DNA of 58,618 bases from an uncultured bacterium (GCA_964630875.1 CAZVXF010000008.1:1-58618); one strand, 5' to 3'; counted from the first letter of the stretch, positions 39,725-50,152 are shown. Notes: generated by a model from the letters alone, not told the origin. Numbers and translations are program-made.

Positions 39725-42481
39725 ATGCAGCAGCTCTTTCGAAAAGTTTTTGGGGTCTATTCAGGGGAGGGAAGACAAGCTCTCCAATTTGCCCGTTTAG
39801 CGATTTTTTGGGCCTTTGGTTGCTCTTGCTTAGACACGCTTTCCGATGGTTTATTCATTGAAAAGGTCGGGGCCGCTTCCTTACTCCGTGTCTATTTTGG
39901 CGTCGCGATCGCCTTGATTGCCACCTCTTCTTTAGTTTTCTATGGTCTTAGAAAGCTGAGCCCTTATCAAATTTTAATGTCTGTTTTTGGAATTGCAGCC
40001 ACTGTATGCATCACATCAGCGATTTTTGTCAGTGGCGATACGCCCACTTGGTTCTGGTATGCTCTCAAGATTGTTTCAAGAATTTTCTATTTAGTGGTTC
40101 TTCCTCTAATGTGGACCTTCACCGACCAATATCACGATTTACAAGATGCAAAAAGAGTCTATGCCCTCTATAACGGTACCTATTACATCGGCGCGATTAT
40201 CTCTGGAATGTCGATCAATTTCTTGCTGGATACACTTGGCTTTACGACCTTGCTCTGCGCTGCGTTTATAGCTATTATTTTAGGAATGCGAGAGGCCAGA
40301 CTCATTACAAGAGTGACAAAAGCCATCCATGATGACAGTACTGAAGGAGTCATGTCATCCAATCGAGACTCTTTAGTGACAATGGTCAAACAAATTCTCC
40401 GTTCAAAGTATGTGATCTGTCTCCTCTTACTTGCCATTTTCTCACAGCTGTTGCAAACAGTGACGGACTTCAATTGCATGGCAACCTTCGGGGAAGCCTT
40501 TAAAGGAGAAAGACACATTACCGAATTCCTTGGGAAAAGCCGAGCAATCATTGCGTTTGCCAATATTTTCATCGCGATGTTTATCTACAATCGATGCATC
40601 CGCCGCATTGGCGTCAACAATGCGATCTTAGTGACCCCGCTTTTTTTCGTAGCTGTCTATGTAGGATGGCTTTTTTACGACGGACTACCGACGGCGATAT
40701 TGGGGTTAGTTGCCATCGAAGGATTCCTTTACGGATTTGATGAAAATAGCACGAATCTCATGACCAACGCAGCGCCAAGTAAGCTAAAGTCAAAAGTACG
40801 CATTCTGATTGGATCCTTTTTTGAGCCGACTGGCATGCTGATCTCGGCCGCTTTAATGAGCACTTTTGAAGAGTCTACAAGAGGTCTTGGTCTTCTCATC
40901 ACTGTCTTTGTCCTCGTCTTCGCATTTGCAGTGAGAACGCTTTATTCTTCAGCGATTTTAAGTAATTTAAAAGAAAATGCCTTACATTTTGATCGAAAAT
41001 TAAAAACCTGGCTTGCTCTGATGACGCGTCGAGAGCAAAAAGAGGCCAAAAAAGCGATATTAAAAGCGTTAAAATCACCGCATGAAGATTTTCAGTTGCT
41101 CGGCGCCAAATCATTACTTGAAATGGGGGATGCAAATCACCTCGATGAAATTCTTTTCTCTGCTAGAAAGTTTGGCACAGTAGCGAAAATCCAATTATTA
41201 CAACTGTTGGAACATTCAATTTTCCACAATCATACAAACGTCATCCAAACAATCGATGCCTGGACTGAGTCTGATTCTCCAGAGCTTGCAAAACATGCCA
41301 ATTTTTATCTCGCAAAAAAGGGACTGCATCATCCTGAAAAGGCAGAAGAGGATCTTGAAGAGCCTGATCTCATACTCAGATCAGCCGCTATCTTAACTTT
41401 AAAGAAATCTCTTGCGAATTCGTCACTTGAAACGGCGGCATTAAATCGCACCATTGCAAGCAAAAAACTAGATATTATGCTGCAATCGAGCCGAATCGAT
41501 GAAATCGGCATGGCTCTCGATTTAATCGCCGAGGAAAATACACCTGAGCGGGCCCTTCCTTTTCTCAATCACGACTCCAAACTGGTCAAAAGAGCGGCTG
41601 CGCGCACGATTGCAGCTTCCGCGACAAAATCATTTAGCCGACATGCACCAAGACTCATTGAAGAACTCGAAAATTCAAGAGACTCTGGTATGCGCCTTTC
41701 TTTACTCGATGCGCTCGGCAAAATAGCCGATACGACGATCATTAAAGATCTCCTCTTAGCTAGTATCCGTTTTCGCCCTTCTGAACGACGACGCACTGAA
41801 GAAATCATTCTTCACATGGGATTAAAAATCGTTCCCCTACTTCTTTCTTTAACAAAAGATATTGCAATTCCAGAACGTGCCCGCATTTTATCCGGGAAAA
41901 TTTTAGCACGACTTGCACTTCCTCAATTGCAATCTATTCTCCCTGAAATTTTGGATATCGAAATTGATCGAGCCTATTTTTATTTCTATTTTGCCCATAC
42001 AATCCAAAAACAATATCCCCTGTATGATCTTGAAATGCTTCAGAATGCACTCTTTGCAGGCTATCAGTCTGTCATTGATTTTGTGATTCATCTGCTTGGA
42101 GCCGCAGGATCCTTGGAAGATCCCGATCTGCTCGTTCGCGCATTACATAACCGCAATGGAAAGATCCACGCGCATGCCATCGAAAGTCTTGAAAAAACTT
42201 GTGATGCGCGGATTTTTCGACTGATTGCCCCTTTAATCGATGATCTTCCTCTCGAAGAGAAAATGGCCGCATGCATTAGCTGGCATGGAAATTCTCCAAA
42301 CCTTACTCTTTCTGAACTTCTCGATAAACTGGACGACTCTCCCCTTCTTTTCGACAAAATTGTTGCTGTCCGCCTGAAGACGCAACTGCAAATGCCGAAT
42401 TGGAGAAAAGAGCTTAGAGAACTGATGAAACATTCAGATGAAACATTCCATCAATACGCATACGAGTTACTTGAAACATGA
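39725..42481 (+). CDS. Npt/TLC-like MFS membrane domain fused to HEAT repeats (CT234-like)
   Basis: ~12 transmembrane N-terminal half, helical-repeat C-terminal half, coupled to a cNMP gene. Confidence 0.75.
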   Translation: MQQLFRKVFGVYSGEGRQALQFARLAIFWAFGCSCLDTLSDGLFIEKVGAASLLRVYFGVAIALIATSSLVFYGLRKLSPYQILMSVFGIAATVCITSAIFVSGDTPTWFWYALKIVSRIFYLVVLPLMWTFTDQYHDLQDAKRVYALYNGTYYIGAIISGMSINFLLDTLGFTTLLCAAFIAIILGMREARLITRVTKAIHDDSTEGVMSSNRDSLVTMVKQILRSKYVICLLLLAIFSQLLQTVTDFNCMATFGEAFKGERHITEFLGKSRAIIAFANIFIAMFIYNRCIRRIGVNNAILVTPLFFVAVYVGWLFYDGLPTAILGLVAIEGFLYGFDENSTNLMTNAAPSKLKSKVRILIGSFFEPTGMLISAALMSTFEESTRGLGLLITVFVLVFAFAVRTLYSSAILSNLKENALHFDRKLKTWLALMTRREQKEAKKAILKALKSPHEDFQLLGAKSLLEMGDANHLDEILFSARKFGTVAKIQLLQLLEHSIFHNHTNVIQTIDAWTESDSPELAKHANFYLAKKGLHHPEKAEEDLEEPDLILRSAAILTLKKSLANSSLETAALNRTIASKKLDIMLQSSRIDEIGMALDLIAEENTPERALPFLNHDSKLVKRAAARTIAASATKSFSRHAPRLIEELENSRDSGMRLSLLDALGKIADTTIIKDLLLASIRFRPSERRRTEEIILHMGLKIVPLLLSLTKDIAIPERARILSGKILARLALPQLQSILPEILDIEIDRAYFYFYFAHTIQKQYPLYDLEMLQNALFAGYQSVIDFVIHLLGAAGSLEDPDLLVRALHNRNGKIHAHAIESLEKTCDARIFRLIAPLIDDLPLEEKMAACISWHGNSPNLTLSELLDKLDDSPLLFDKIVAVRLKTQLQMPNWRKELRELMKHSDETFHQYAYELLET

Positions 42482-42897
42482 AGAGCCTAATCAAAAAAGC
42501 ATTTTTCTTAAAAAAAATCCATCTTTTTAGTGAGTTAGAATTAGAGCTTTTACTCGCCATTGCAGAGAAATTGCATGAAGATGATTATGATGCAGATGAA
42601 AAGATTTTCTCTTCCGGCCAAGTTGCAAACCGCATCTACTTTATTGTGAAAGGGAAGGTTCAAATTCTTGATGAAAAAAATAGACCCCTTTTTGAGCTAA
42701 CCAACGATCAATACTTCGGCGATGAGTCATTGTTTAACGAAAGGTCGCGCACCTATGCAGCCATTTGCCAAACAGACAGCATTCTTTTTTCTTTATCAAG
42801 GAGCCACCTACTCTCAATCATTTCCGAATGCCCATCTGTCGCAATCGCACTCTTGCAAGTGTATTCAAGCCAGCTTCCTTGTAGGTATAAAGCATGA
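42478..42897 (+). CDS. Cyclic nucleotide-binding domain protein
   Basis: IYFIVKGKV and YFGDESLF..RTYAA. Confidence 0.88.
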   Translation: MKSLIKKAFFLKKIHLFSELELELLLAIAEKLHEDDYDADEKIFSSGQVANRIYFIVKGKVQILDEKNRPLFELTNDQYFGDESLFNERSRTYAAICQTDSILFSLSRSHLLSIISECPSVAIALLQVYSSQLPCRYKA

Positions 42898-42958
42898 ACC
42901 AATCCCCAAATTTCTACATTCGATTTCGATTTTCTCAAACAATGATCCGGACTTTTTC

Positions 42959-43969
42959 ATGAGAATCAGAACACGATTTTTGCTCTTCCTTCTTCCTACA
43001 TTTATCGGAAGTATTGCTCTTGTCTCGTCGCTGCTTGCCTATAACTGGTACTCAAGCCTTGAACACTTAAAAGAATACATCACTGCAGATGTTGATATTC
43101 GACTGATCGATGCACAATTTCGGCAAAGCTTATTTCTCATCTTTCTCTCGGCCAGTTTTACAATTCTCATTGTCGTCGGCACACTCTTTATGATCGCGAA
43201 TAAAATTTCTCATCCCATTCAAAAACTCAATCACTCGGCTCTCGCTTTAGCAGCAGGACAATATGGTGAATCCATTACCTCCCAAGGCCCCAGAGAAATC
43301 GCTGAACTTGCAGGAACTCTCAATATTATGAGCGAGTGCTTGCTTGAAAATATCAATCGTCTCAAAGAAAACGCCATCTTACGAGAAAGAATGTACGGTA
43401 AGTATGAATGCGCGATGCTCTTGCAGCACTTGATGCTTCAGAAAAATATTGACGACTGCAAATCAGATGCGATTGCCGTTAAACCCATCACGTTCTTTTC
43501 CGAAAATCCTCGAGGGATCCTCCTTCATTTCCCAAAAGCTAATGTGGGACAATTCACAATCGAGCTGTCTGAAGCCCTCACAGAAGGTTTCGAAGGCATG
43601 TATCAACTGCTTACAGGACCTAAAACTGATGGCGAAACGACCTGCATTACGCTGGATGAGGAAACATCTACGCTCCACACACCCAATCGTCTTCTCCTAT
43701 GGTCCATGAGCAAAAAACGCTTTCTCGATTTTACGCAATGCATTCAAGTACAAACTGGGGACCTATTTTTCCTTTATAATCAAGGGATGCTTCGATTTTA
43801 TAAGAACCACAAAAATATCCAAGATTTACTCAATAAAGTACTCAATATTTTTGCGCTTGATGGGCTAGAAACTACATCAAGAATGCTCCAAAAAGAAATA
43901 TCCTTTCTCGTCAAAAGAAAGGATCCTCAGGAAGATGTCCATCTTCTCTGCTTTCAAGTTTTAAATTAA
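42959..43969 (+). CDS. Membrane HAMP protein with degenerate PP2C/SpoIIE-like C-terminus
   Basis: Two transmembrane segments, HAMP (PIQKL..EIAELAGTLNIM), GDLFFLYNQG and EDVHLL. Confidence 0.7.
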   Translation: MRIRTRFLLFLLPTFIGSIALVSSLLAYNWYSSLEHLKEYITADVDIRLIDAQFRQSLFLIFLSASFTILIVVGTLFMIANKISHPIQKLNHSALALAAGQYGESITSQGPREIAELAGTLNIMSECLLENINRLKENAILRERMYGKYECAMLLQHLMLQKNIDDCKSDAIAVKPITFFSENPRGILLHFPKANVGQFTIELSEALTEGFEGMYQLLTGPKTDGETTCITLDEETSTLHTPNRLLLWSMSKKRFLDFTQCIQVQTGDLFFLYNQGMLRFYKNHKNIQDLLNKVLNIFALDGLETTSRMLQKEISFLVKRKDPQEDVHLLCFQVLN

Positions 43970-44014
43970 TACCAATACATTGTGGAAATTGCAAAACCCC
44001 ATATGGTTCCCAAT

Positions 44015-44344
44015 TTATTCGTCATGCAAAGCTGAGAATTGAATACGCAAAGGCATATCAGAGATTTTTTCTTCTCGAATACTTCCCCGTTTCATTTCCC
44101 CAGTTGTATCGTCGATTAGGATCACTTGAAAAGTCCGATCACTAAGACTTGATGGAACAAATCCATGAACGATCATATCAAACGACGCTTCAAACATTTG
44201 GCCCCATAATTGTTCTACCGCACTTTTGGTTGAATCGATTTTGAAATCCGATGAATCTGTAGCTATGAATTCATTCCAAAACACACTCGCTTGATTCGGA
44301 CTGCTTGCTCTCGATTCTAGTATCTTTAAATTTATTACACCCAT
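44015..44344 (-). CDS. Hypothetical protein (109 aa)
   Basis: AAGGAG ribosome-binding site before ATG 44344; fills the gap divergent from lysS. Confidence 0.6.
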   Translation of the reverse strand: MGVINLKILESRASSPNQASVFWNEFIATDSSDFKIDSTKSAVEQLWGQMFEASFDMIVHGFVPSSLSDRTFQVILIDDTTGEMKRGSIREEKISDMPLRIQFSALHDE

Positions 44345-44400
44345 TTTCTCCTTTACACTATAGAGAAAAAAACAGTACCATAGTCTTCTATAGAGGATCA

Positions 44401-45981
44401 ATGAGTTTTGCCAATCCAGATTATCATTCACACGAAGAATTTCAGAATAGAACTCGCAAGTTAGCCGAGATTCGTGCCCTGGGCGTTGAACCCTATCCTT
44501 CAAAACAGCCATGCGGCCAAAAAACTGCTGAACTTGCTTTAGAAATTCAGGGGAAAGAAATTGGGCACAGTGATGATGCTGGAGCAGGATTAACACCCAG
44601 CGCTTGTGTTGCAGGCAGACTTGTTCTTTTTCGCGCGATGGGGAAAAATGCTTTTGCGCATATTCAAGACGAAACTGGAAGAATCCAGGTTATGTTCAAC
44701 CGGGATCTCACCAAAGTCGATGGATTTCATCCTACTGAAGAGCTTTCACAGATCAAATTCATTGAGAAAAAGCTCGATCTCGGGGATATCTTATGCGTAG
44801 AAGGACATCTTTTTCACACTCAAAAAGGTGAACTGACAATTTTTGCAAAAAAAGTCACAATCCTTTGCAAATCACTTCTTCCTTTGCCAGATAAGCATAG
44901 TGGGCTTGCCGATAAAGGGATTCGCTATCGGAAGCGTTGGCTCGATCTAATCACAGACCAATCTTCGCTTGAAAAATTTCGTCTTCGTTCCCGCATTCTA
45001 CTTTCTATTCGCAAGTACTTTGAACAAGCAGGCTTTGAAGAAGTCGAAACACCGGTTCTTGAAAATATTTATGGAGGAGCCGCAGCCCGGCCTTTCACAA
45101 CGCATCTTCATGCGCACCATCAAGATATGTTCTTACGTATTTCTCTTGAAATCCCTCTAAAAAAATTGATCGTCGGCGGAATGCAAAAGATTTTCGAGAT
45201 TGGCAAAGTTTTCCGTAACGAGGGCATTGATAAAACTCACAATCCTGAATTTACGATGCTTGAGGCTTATGCTGCAGGTTGGGATTACAATGATACGATG
45301 GTTTTTGCTGAAAACTTATTTGAGTCGATTGCATTAGAGCTTTTTGGCGATACAAAGATTCGTTTTTGCAGTGGCGACGAAGGAACTGCGCAAGTGATCG
45401 ATTTGAAAGCTCCATGGAAACGAATGTCCATGAAGGAAGCCGTTCGTACTTACGTTCATTTAGACGTCGACAAAATGAGCGATCAAGAGATGAAAGATCA
45501 CCTTCGAAAAAATACACACGTCGAAGAGAAAAGACTTGCAGCCGCAACGCGAGGCCACCTGATTGCAATGCTTTTTGGCGAACTTGCTGAGCCTCATCTT
45601 ATCCAACCTCATCACATTATCGACCATCCGATTGAAACCACACCTCTTTGCAAACTTCATCGTGATCCGATTTTACGAAAAGAGGGAATTGTAGAACGCT
45701 TTGAAAGCTTTATCTTAGGCAGAGAAATGTGCAATTCCTATACAGAGCTGAACGATCCAGAATTGCAAAGAAAGCTACTTATTCAGCAAGCAGAACAAAG
45801 AGAGCAAGGTGATGTCGAAGCATCTCCTCTTGATGAAGAATTTATCGAAGCGATTTGCCAAGGAATGCCTCCGACTGGCGGAATTGGTTTTGGAATTGAT
45901 CGCCTGGTCATGCTCTTCGCGCAAGTGGAATCGATTCGTGACGTTCTTTTCTTCCCGATCATGCGTCCCGAAGAAATGTGA
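44401..45981 (+). CDS. lysS: Lysine-tRNA ligase, class II
   Basis: YGGAAARPF, FRNEGIDKTHNPEF and GMPPTGGIGFGIDRL. Confidence 0.98.
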   Translation: MSFANPDYHSHEEFQNRTRKLAEIRALGVEPYPSKQPCGQKTAELALEIQGKEIGHSDDAGAGLTPSACVAGRLVLFRAMGKNAFAHIQDETGRIQVMFNRDLTKVDGFHPTEELSQIKFIEKKLDLGDILCVEGHLFHTQKGELTIFAKKVTILCKSLLPLPDKHSGLADKGIRYRKRWLDLITDQSSLEKFRLRSRILLSIRKYFEQAGFEEVETPVLENIYGGAAARPFTTHLHAHHQDMFLRISLEIPLKKLIVGGMQKIFEIGKVFRNEGIDKTHNPEFTMLEAYAAGWDYNDTMVFAENLFESIALELFGDTKIRFCSGDEGTAQVIDLKAPWKRMSMKEAVRTYVHLDVDKMSDQEMKDHLRKNTHVEEKRLAAATRGHLIAMLFGELAEPHLIQPHHIIDHPIETTPLCKLHRDPILRKEGIVERFESFILGREMCNSYTELNDPELQRKLLIQQAEQREQGDVEASPLDEEFIEAICQGMPPTGGIGFGIDRLVMLFAQVESIRDVLFFPIMRPEEM

Positions 45982-46031
45982 AATCACGCTTGAGCCGAAA
46001 GTGAATATGATCCTTTAAACGTCAGCAGCCA

Positions 46032-46727
46032 TTAACAAGCAATAAGAGATTTCCACCAAGTTAAAGAATTATACCAGCATTCTGTAGTCTTCTGACTTGA
46101 TTTTTCTACAATTTCGCTTAAGCTAATTGCGTAGTGAAATCTTTTCGCTCCATATTTTATTTCTTCGCCTGTCAGATGCATACCTAGCTTTTCTAAAATT
46201 CGTTTTGAGGCTATATTATCAGGTCTCGAAGTGGCCACAATTTTTTCGAGTTTTTTCCCCTCAAGAGTAAAGCCTTCTTTGACCGTAGCTGGTGCAAATT
46301 CTGTGACTAATGCAGATATTGCCTCGCTACCATATCCATTTCCCCAATGCGCTTTGTGAAACAAATAGGCAATTTCAGATTCACCAGGATGATCTCCATG
46401 ACCCAAAATGATATGACCGATAAATTCGCTCGTATCTTTTCTAAAGACGGCCATTCCTACATAAGGATCATTTTCATGCAAACGCTTCACCCAAATATCA
46501 TTAATGCGCTTAGCCATTTCATTTTCTGTTTTTGTCGCGCCGTTCGCATATTTTTCCATGACGTCCTTGTCGCCAAAAAGAGCTGCGTAAAGGCGATGGT
46601 CCCCTTGATTAACGGTTCGAATCAATAAACGACTCGTCTCAATCGTTATAAAGAGATCTCCTTCTTGTGAAGAAAAATCAATTTTGGAAGTAGCACCGGA
46701 ATAAGTATGAGTTGAAGGAATTGGCAT
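46032..46727 (-). CDS. RimJ/RimL-type GNAT acetyltransferase
   Basis: IETSRLLIR, HWGNGYGSEA and NIASKRILEKLG. Confidence 0.9.
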   Translation of the reverse strand: MPIPSTHTYSGATSKIDFSSQEGDLFITIETSRLLIRTVNQGDHRLYAALFGDKDVMEKYANGATKTENEMAKRINDIWVKRLHENDPYVGMAVFRKDTSEFIGHIILGHGDHPGESEIAYLFHKAHWGNGYGSEAISALVTEFAPATVKEGFTLEGKKLEKIVATSRPDNIASKRILEKLGMHLTGEEIKYGAKRFHYAISLSEIVEKSSQKTTECWYNSLTWWKSLIAC

Positions 46728-46851
46728 TGATGACCTCTTAAAATGCCAAGATCATGCATTCTATCATGGAAAGAGTCAATCATTTTCTGGATTATATATT
46801 AAGGCACTTGCGATCGTTAAAATTAGGCGCTTTGGCGCGCTTAAAAAACAA

Positions 46852-46874
46852 TTTTTAAGCTTGTTTGGGTATAG
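46852..46874. repeat. TATACCCAAACAAGC-type repeat copy
   Basis: TTTTTAAGCTTGTTTGGGTATAG; 16 bp recur directly at 47321-47336. Confidence 0.7.
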
Positions 46875-46906
46875 CCAAAACTGATGAAATACATTTTATA
46901 CGACAA

Positions 46907-46930
46907 TAGACCTCTTTCGAAAGAGGTCTA
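46907..46930. repeat. Perfect 24-bp palindrome
   Basis: TAGACCTCTTTC|GAAAGAGGTCTA. Confidence 0.85.
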
Positions 46931-46964
46931 ATCTATTTTTATGGGGAATTTCTTCCCCTTTTAA

Positions 46965-47234
46965 TTAATGTTTAGGAAATCCAGCTTTTCGAAAATATTC
47001 AGTAGCAAGTTCTTTTTTGCCCAGCTTTTGGTAACAACGCGCAATTCTTTCGTGATGCATAGATACATTGTTCGACTTTGCTCCGAAGGCAGTTATAGAT
47101 GATTTCAATGCTAAGAAATGATGCGTCAAAGCACTTTCATATTTCCCAGCCTCTTCTAAACGATGCGCACAACCAGAATGTACTAACATCTTTCGAGCTG
47201 GGTCAAACAAAACTTTTACACTACTATTAATCAT
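46965..47234 (-). CDS. Small TPR protein
   Basis: GKYESALTHH and IARCYQKLGKKELATEYFRKA; GAGGG ribosome-binding site; hairpin at 46943-46958 downstream. Confidence 0.7.
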   Translation of the reverse strand: MINSSVKVLFDPARKMLVHSGCAHRLEEAGKYESALTHHFLALKSSITAFGAKSNNVSMHHERIARCYQKLGKKELATEYFRKAGFPKH

Positions 47235-47320
47235 AAATTCCCTCAAATTATTAAAAATTCAAAAGAGTACCCGTATTCCAACAAAAATTACAAAAGAATT
47301 TTTTCGACAAACGATTTGTG

Positions 47321-47336
47321 AGCTTGTTTGGGTATA
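47321..47336. repeat. TATACCCAAACAAGC-type repeat copy
   Basis: AGCTTGTTTGGGTATA identical to 46858-46873. Confidence 0.65.
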
Positions 47337-47347
47337 TTAGATGGTGT

Positions 47348-48319
47348 CTATGGCACGCTAAGCTCTATATCGATGTGATCCATGCCATAAGAGATTTGCC
47401 GTTCAATCGCTTTTCTTTTTGAAGGTAAACCAAGTTTGGCCATATGCAATTTGGTTTTAATATCGGCCAAATGGGTGCGAATAATTTCTTGACCTTGTCT
47501 ATAAAGCCAATAATTTTGATCGTCAGTAAACGTCCCTAACTCATCAAAATTCATCTGAATGGAAATATCCGCTAATGCCAGAGACTGCTCAACAAACTTT
47601 CTGTAGGCAATTTCAAGCCCTCGTCGTGTCACCCCAAAAAGATTTGTCGGATGCTCAGTGGGCAATTTTTCGCTCAAATCGATTGCTAAAACGACTTTCG
47701 CTCCATATTTTTTTGCAACAGAAACAGGGATTGGACAAGATGCACCACCATCAATACAATGACGTCCATAGAGTTGATAAGGTTTAAAAACTCCAGGAAA
47801 TGAACACGATGCCCGAATGGCGGATGGAATATCCCCGCAGCAAATCTCTACTGTCTCACCAGAAATCAAATCTGTCGCCACTACGATTAAAGGGATTTTT
47901 AAATCGTCAAAATGTCTTGCATTCAAAAGATCGCCCATCAAATTTTGCAAAAGATCCCCGTTCACAATTCCGAAAACCGGATTCATGTACGAATAATCTA
48001 GAACATCTCTTTTTCTCAAAGGAATCAAACGATTGATTGCGTTTTGCAATTCGGGTTGATCAGCATATAGTGCACCAGCAATTGCTCCAGCACTACAGCC
48101 AATAATTAAATCTGGACGAATGCCTGCTTTCTCCAATTCTTGGATTGCCCCTAAATGAGCAAGACCTTTTGATCCTCCTCCTCCTAAAACGAGCGCTAAT
48201 TCAATCGGCTTTGATGGTTGAAATGTTGGCAGAATCACATATTCTTCTTCAGGCAACACACGCAACGAAGAACATCCTGTCAAAAGAAGTGAGAGAATGC
48301 ACAGAAATCGACGTATCAT
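47348..48319 (-). CDS. Patatin-like phospholipase, putative lipoprotein
   Basis: GGGGSKG, GCSAG and DGG; lipobox LTGC. Confidence 0.92.
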   Translation of the reverse strand: MIRRFLCILSLLLTGCSSLRVLPEEEYVILPTFQPSKPIELALVLGGGGSKGLAHLGAIQELEKAGIRPDLIIGCSAGAIAGALYADQPELQNAINRLIPLRKRDVLDYSYMNPVFGIVNGDLLQNLMGDLLNARHFDDLKIPLIVVATDLISGETVEICCGDIPSAIRASCSFPGVFKPYQLYGRHCIDGGASCPIPVSVAKKYGAKVVLAIDLSEKLPTEHPTNLFGVTRRGLEIAYRKFVEQSLALADISIQMNFDELGTFTDDQNYWLYRQGQEIIRTHLADIKTKLHMAKLGLPSKRKAIERQISYGMDHIDIELSVP

Positions 48320-48445
48320 TTCGGCATTATAAATAAAGAACATTCGCTTGTCTATGAGGAATATCGCACACGTGAATTCGCTCTTTACAAAAGAATTTTT
48401 TTTGGGAAGAATCTTCGAGAAAAATTTATAAAATAGCTATAGACT

Positions 48446-50152
48446 TCATGGCGATTTCCTTGCGACCAAAATTGAAGAGACCTGATTGAGTGGATAAATG
48501 GTTTCTAAAGAAAAGCCTGCTTGGTTGAATAAACTGGAAAAATGAGCAAGACTCCGTTCGTATCCACCAGTCATGACCAGCATATTTAGATTTAACACTC
48601 CTCCAGAACCAGTCGCTTCATCGAGAATATTTTCAATAATATAGACCCGATTCTGTGGATGGTTCGACAGTCTTGAATGAACTTTCTCTAAAATCTCGAT
48701 TGCTTTGCGATCAGGCCAATCATGGATGACACGCGACAAAACAGCGCTTTCAACGCTAAAGACAGGCCAATTTTCGAAAAAATTTCCCGAAATAAGTTTT
48801 GTTCTGTCTTTTAGCTCATCAGGTATTTGTACGAGGTTTACTACGTTTGGAAGATCAAAAAGAAGGCCCGTGAGACTGGGATTTTTATTTAAAATTTCGA
48901 ACAGCAAAGTTCCATTTGATCCACCCACATCGAGGATTGATCGATGAACACTTAAATCGATCAAAGAACAAAATGCTTGATAATCTCTTTTCGCATACTT
49001 GGATAAGACGGTGTGATATAACTGGCACTTGTCTTCATGGTTTTCTAACCAGTCAAACCATCCCATGCCATATAGAGAATCAAACGCAGCTTTTTCTGTT
49101 TTCAAACTTTTCAATAGATGGCGCCAAGAGATAAGATGTTCTTCTTTCCAAAGACTGGCTGCGCCTTTCAGAGAAAAAGGGTGTTGCGAATGAAAAAAGA
49201 CTCCCGTAGCAGTTGCAAACCACTTTCGATCACCTCTTTTTTCAACATACCCCATCTCAAGAAGTGCTTGTAAAAGCTTAATGGTACTTGTTTCTGAAAG
49301 AGAAATGCTTTCTGCAATCTCAGAAGAGGAATTAGGCAAATAGTCAAAAAGGTGAATTTCTATAGCTGTTTGAATCGTGTAAAAACGCCAGTAGGAAACT
49401 AAATCAGCGGATGCAGAATGAAAAGGATCCTCAAGATCTTCCCTAAGAACACCCACTTTCCTCCCCTCTTCATCAATTAAATGGAGAGCGCCGCGGTCTG
49501 TCTCTACACGAGCAACCCCATTATAAAACGGCTCAATATTTTTATAGATCTCGGGATAAATACTTTCTCCTGAGGTATTGACATGAAACCACCCCTTTTC
49601 ATTCTTGGCTCTCGCAAACCCTTTATGGTAGACATCGAGGTCATGAAACCACTTTCCATGCAAAAAAGCACCACTTGGTAAAATATGGGTATAAAATCCG
49701 TGATTATTTTGCACGGTGGCATAACCATCATGAAAATCTCCCACGTAACAAAAGAGATTGGGATAGGCTTTTTTCCCATCTCGATTGATATGAAAATAGT
49801 TCCCTTCAAAATCTTTTACAACGGAGAATTTCTCTTGGAAGTTTCCACACCAGGAATACCTTTCTTTATAGAGCTCTTTTCCATTGGCAAGAATATGAAA
49901 ACATCCCCTTTCAGACTGGACCGCTGCCCGAGCGTCATAAAATCCAAAAACTCGAATATATCTCTCGGGATAGATCGGCTCTCCATTCACGTTGATATGA
50001 AAAGCCCCAGTCTCATCTTTGACAGCGGCAAGACCTGGCTCATGAAATTTGAGAACGGATAAAAATCGAGGCAAATAGGCTCTCTGCCTGTCGATGAGGT
50101 GACAGGATTGATCTTCTGAGATTTCAAACGTTTGCAAGCGTGCTTTCAACAT
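48446..50152 (-). CDS. WG-repeat / O-methyltransferase fusion protein
   Basis: ~6 N-terminal repeats (FHEPGLAAV, FYDARAAV, FHDGYATV...FHI); C-terminal dimerisation region, DVGGSNG, GNFF and SRVIHDW. Confidence 0.85.
   Translation of the reverse strand: MLKARLQTFEISEDQSCHLIDRQRAYLPRFLSVLKFHEPGLAAVKDETGAFHINVNGEPIYPERYIRVFGFYDARAAVQSERGCFHILANGKELYKERYSWCGNFQEKFSVVKDFEGNYFHINRDGKKAYPNLFCYVGDFHDGYATVQNNHGFYTHILPSGAFLHGKWFHDLDVYHKGFARAKNEKGWFHVNTSGESIYPEIYKNIEPFYNGVARVETDRGALHLIDEEGRKVGVLREDLEDPFHSASADLVSYWRFYTIQTAIEIHLFDYLPNSSSEIAESISLSETSTIKLLQALLEMGYVEKRGDRKWFATATGVFFHSQHPFSLKGAASLWKEEHLISWRHLLKSLKTEKAAFDSLYGMGWFDWLENHEDKCQLYHTVLSKYAKRDYQAFCSLIDLSVHRSILDVGGSNGTLLFEILNKNPSLTGLLFDLPNVVNLVQIPDELKDRTKLISGNFFENWPVFSVESAVLSRVIHDWPDRKAIEILEKVHSRLSNHPQNRVYIIENILDEATGSGGVLNLNMLVMTGGYERSLAHFSSLFNQAGFSLETIYPLNQVSSILVARKSP

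Noticed and set aside
37829-44400. Long N-terminal extensions in the ORF track for sulP, the HAMP gene and lysS (also ftsY, htrA)
   Set aside because: They overlap neighbouring genes or lack support; downstream ATGs fit the family N-termini better.
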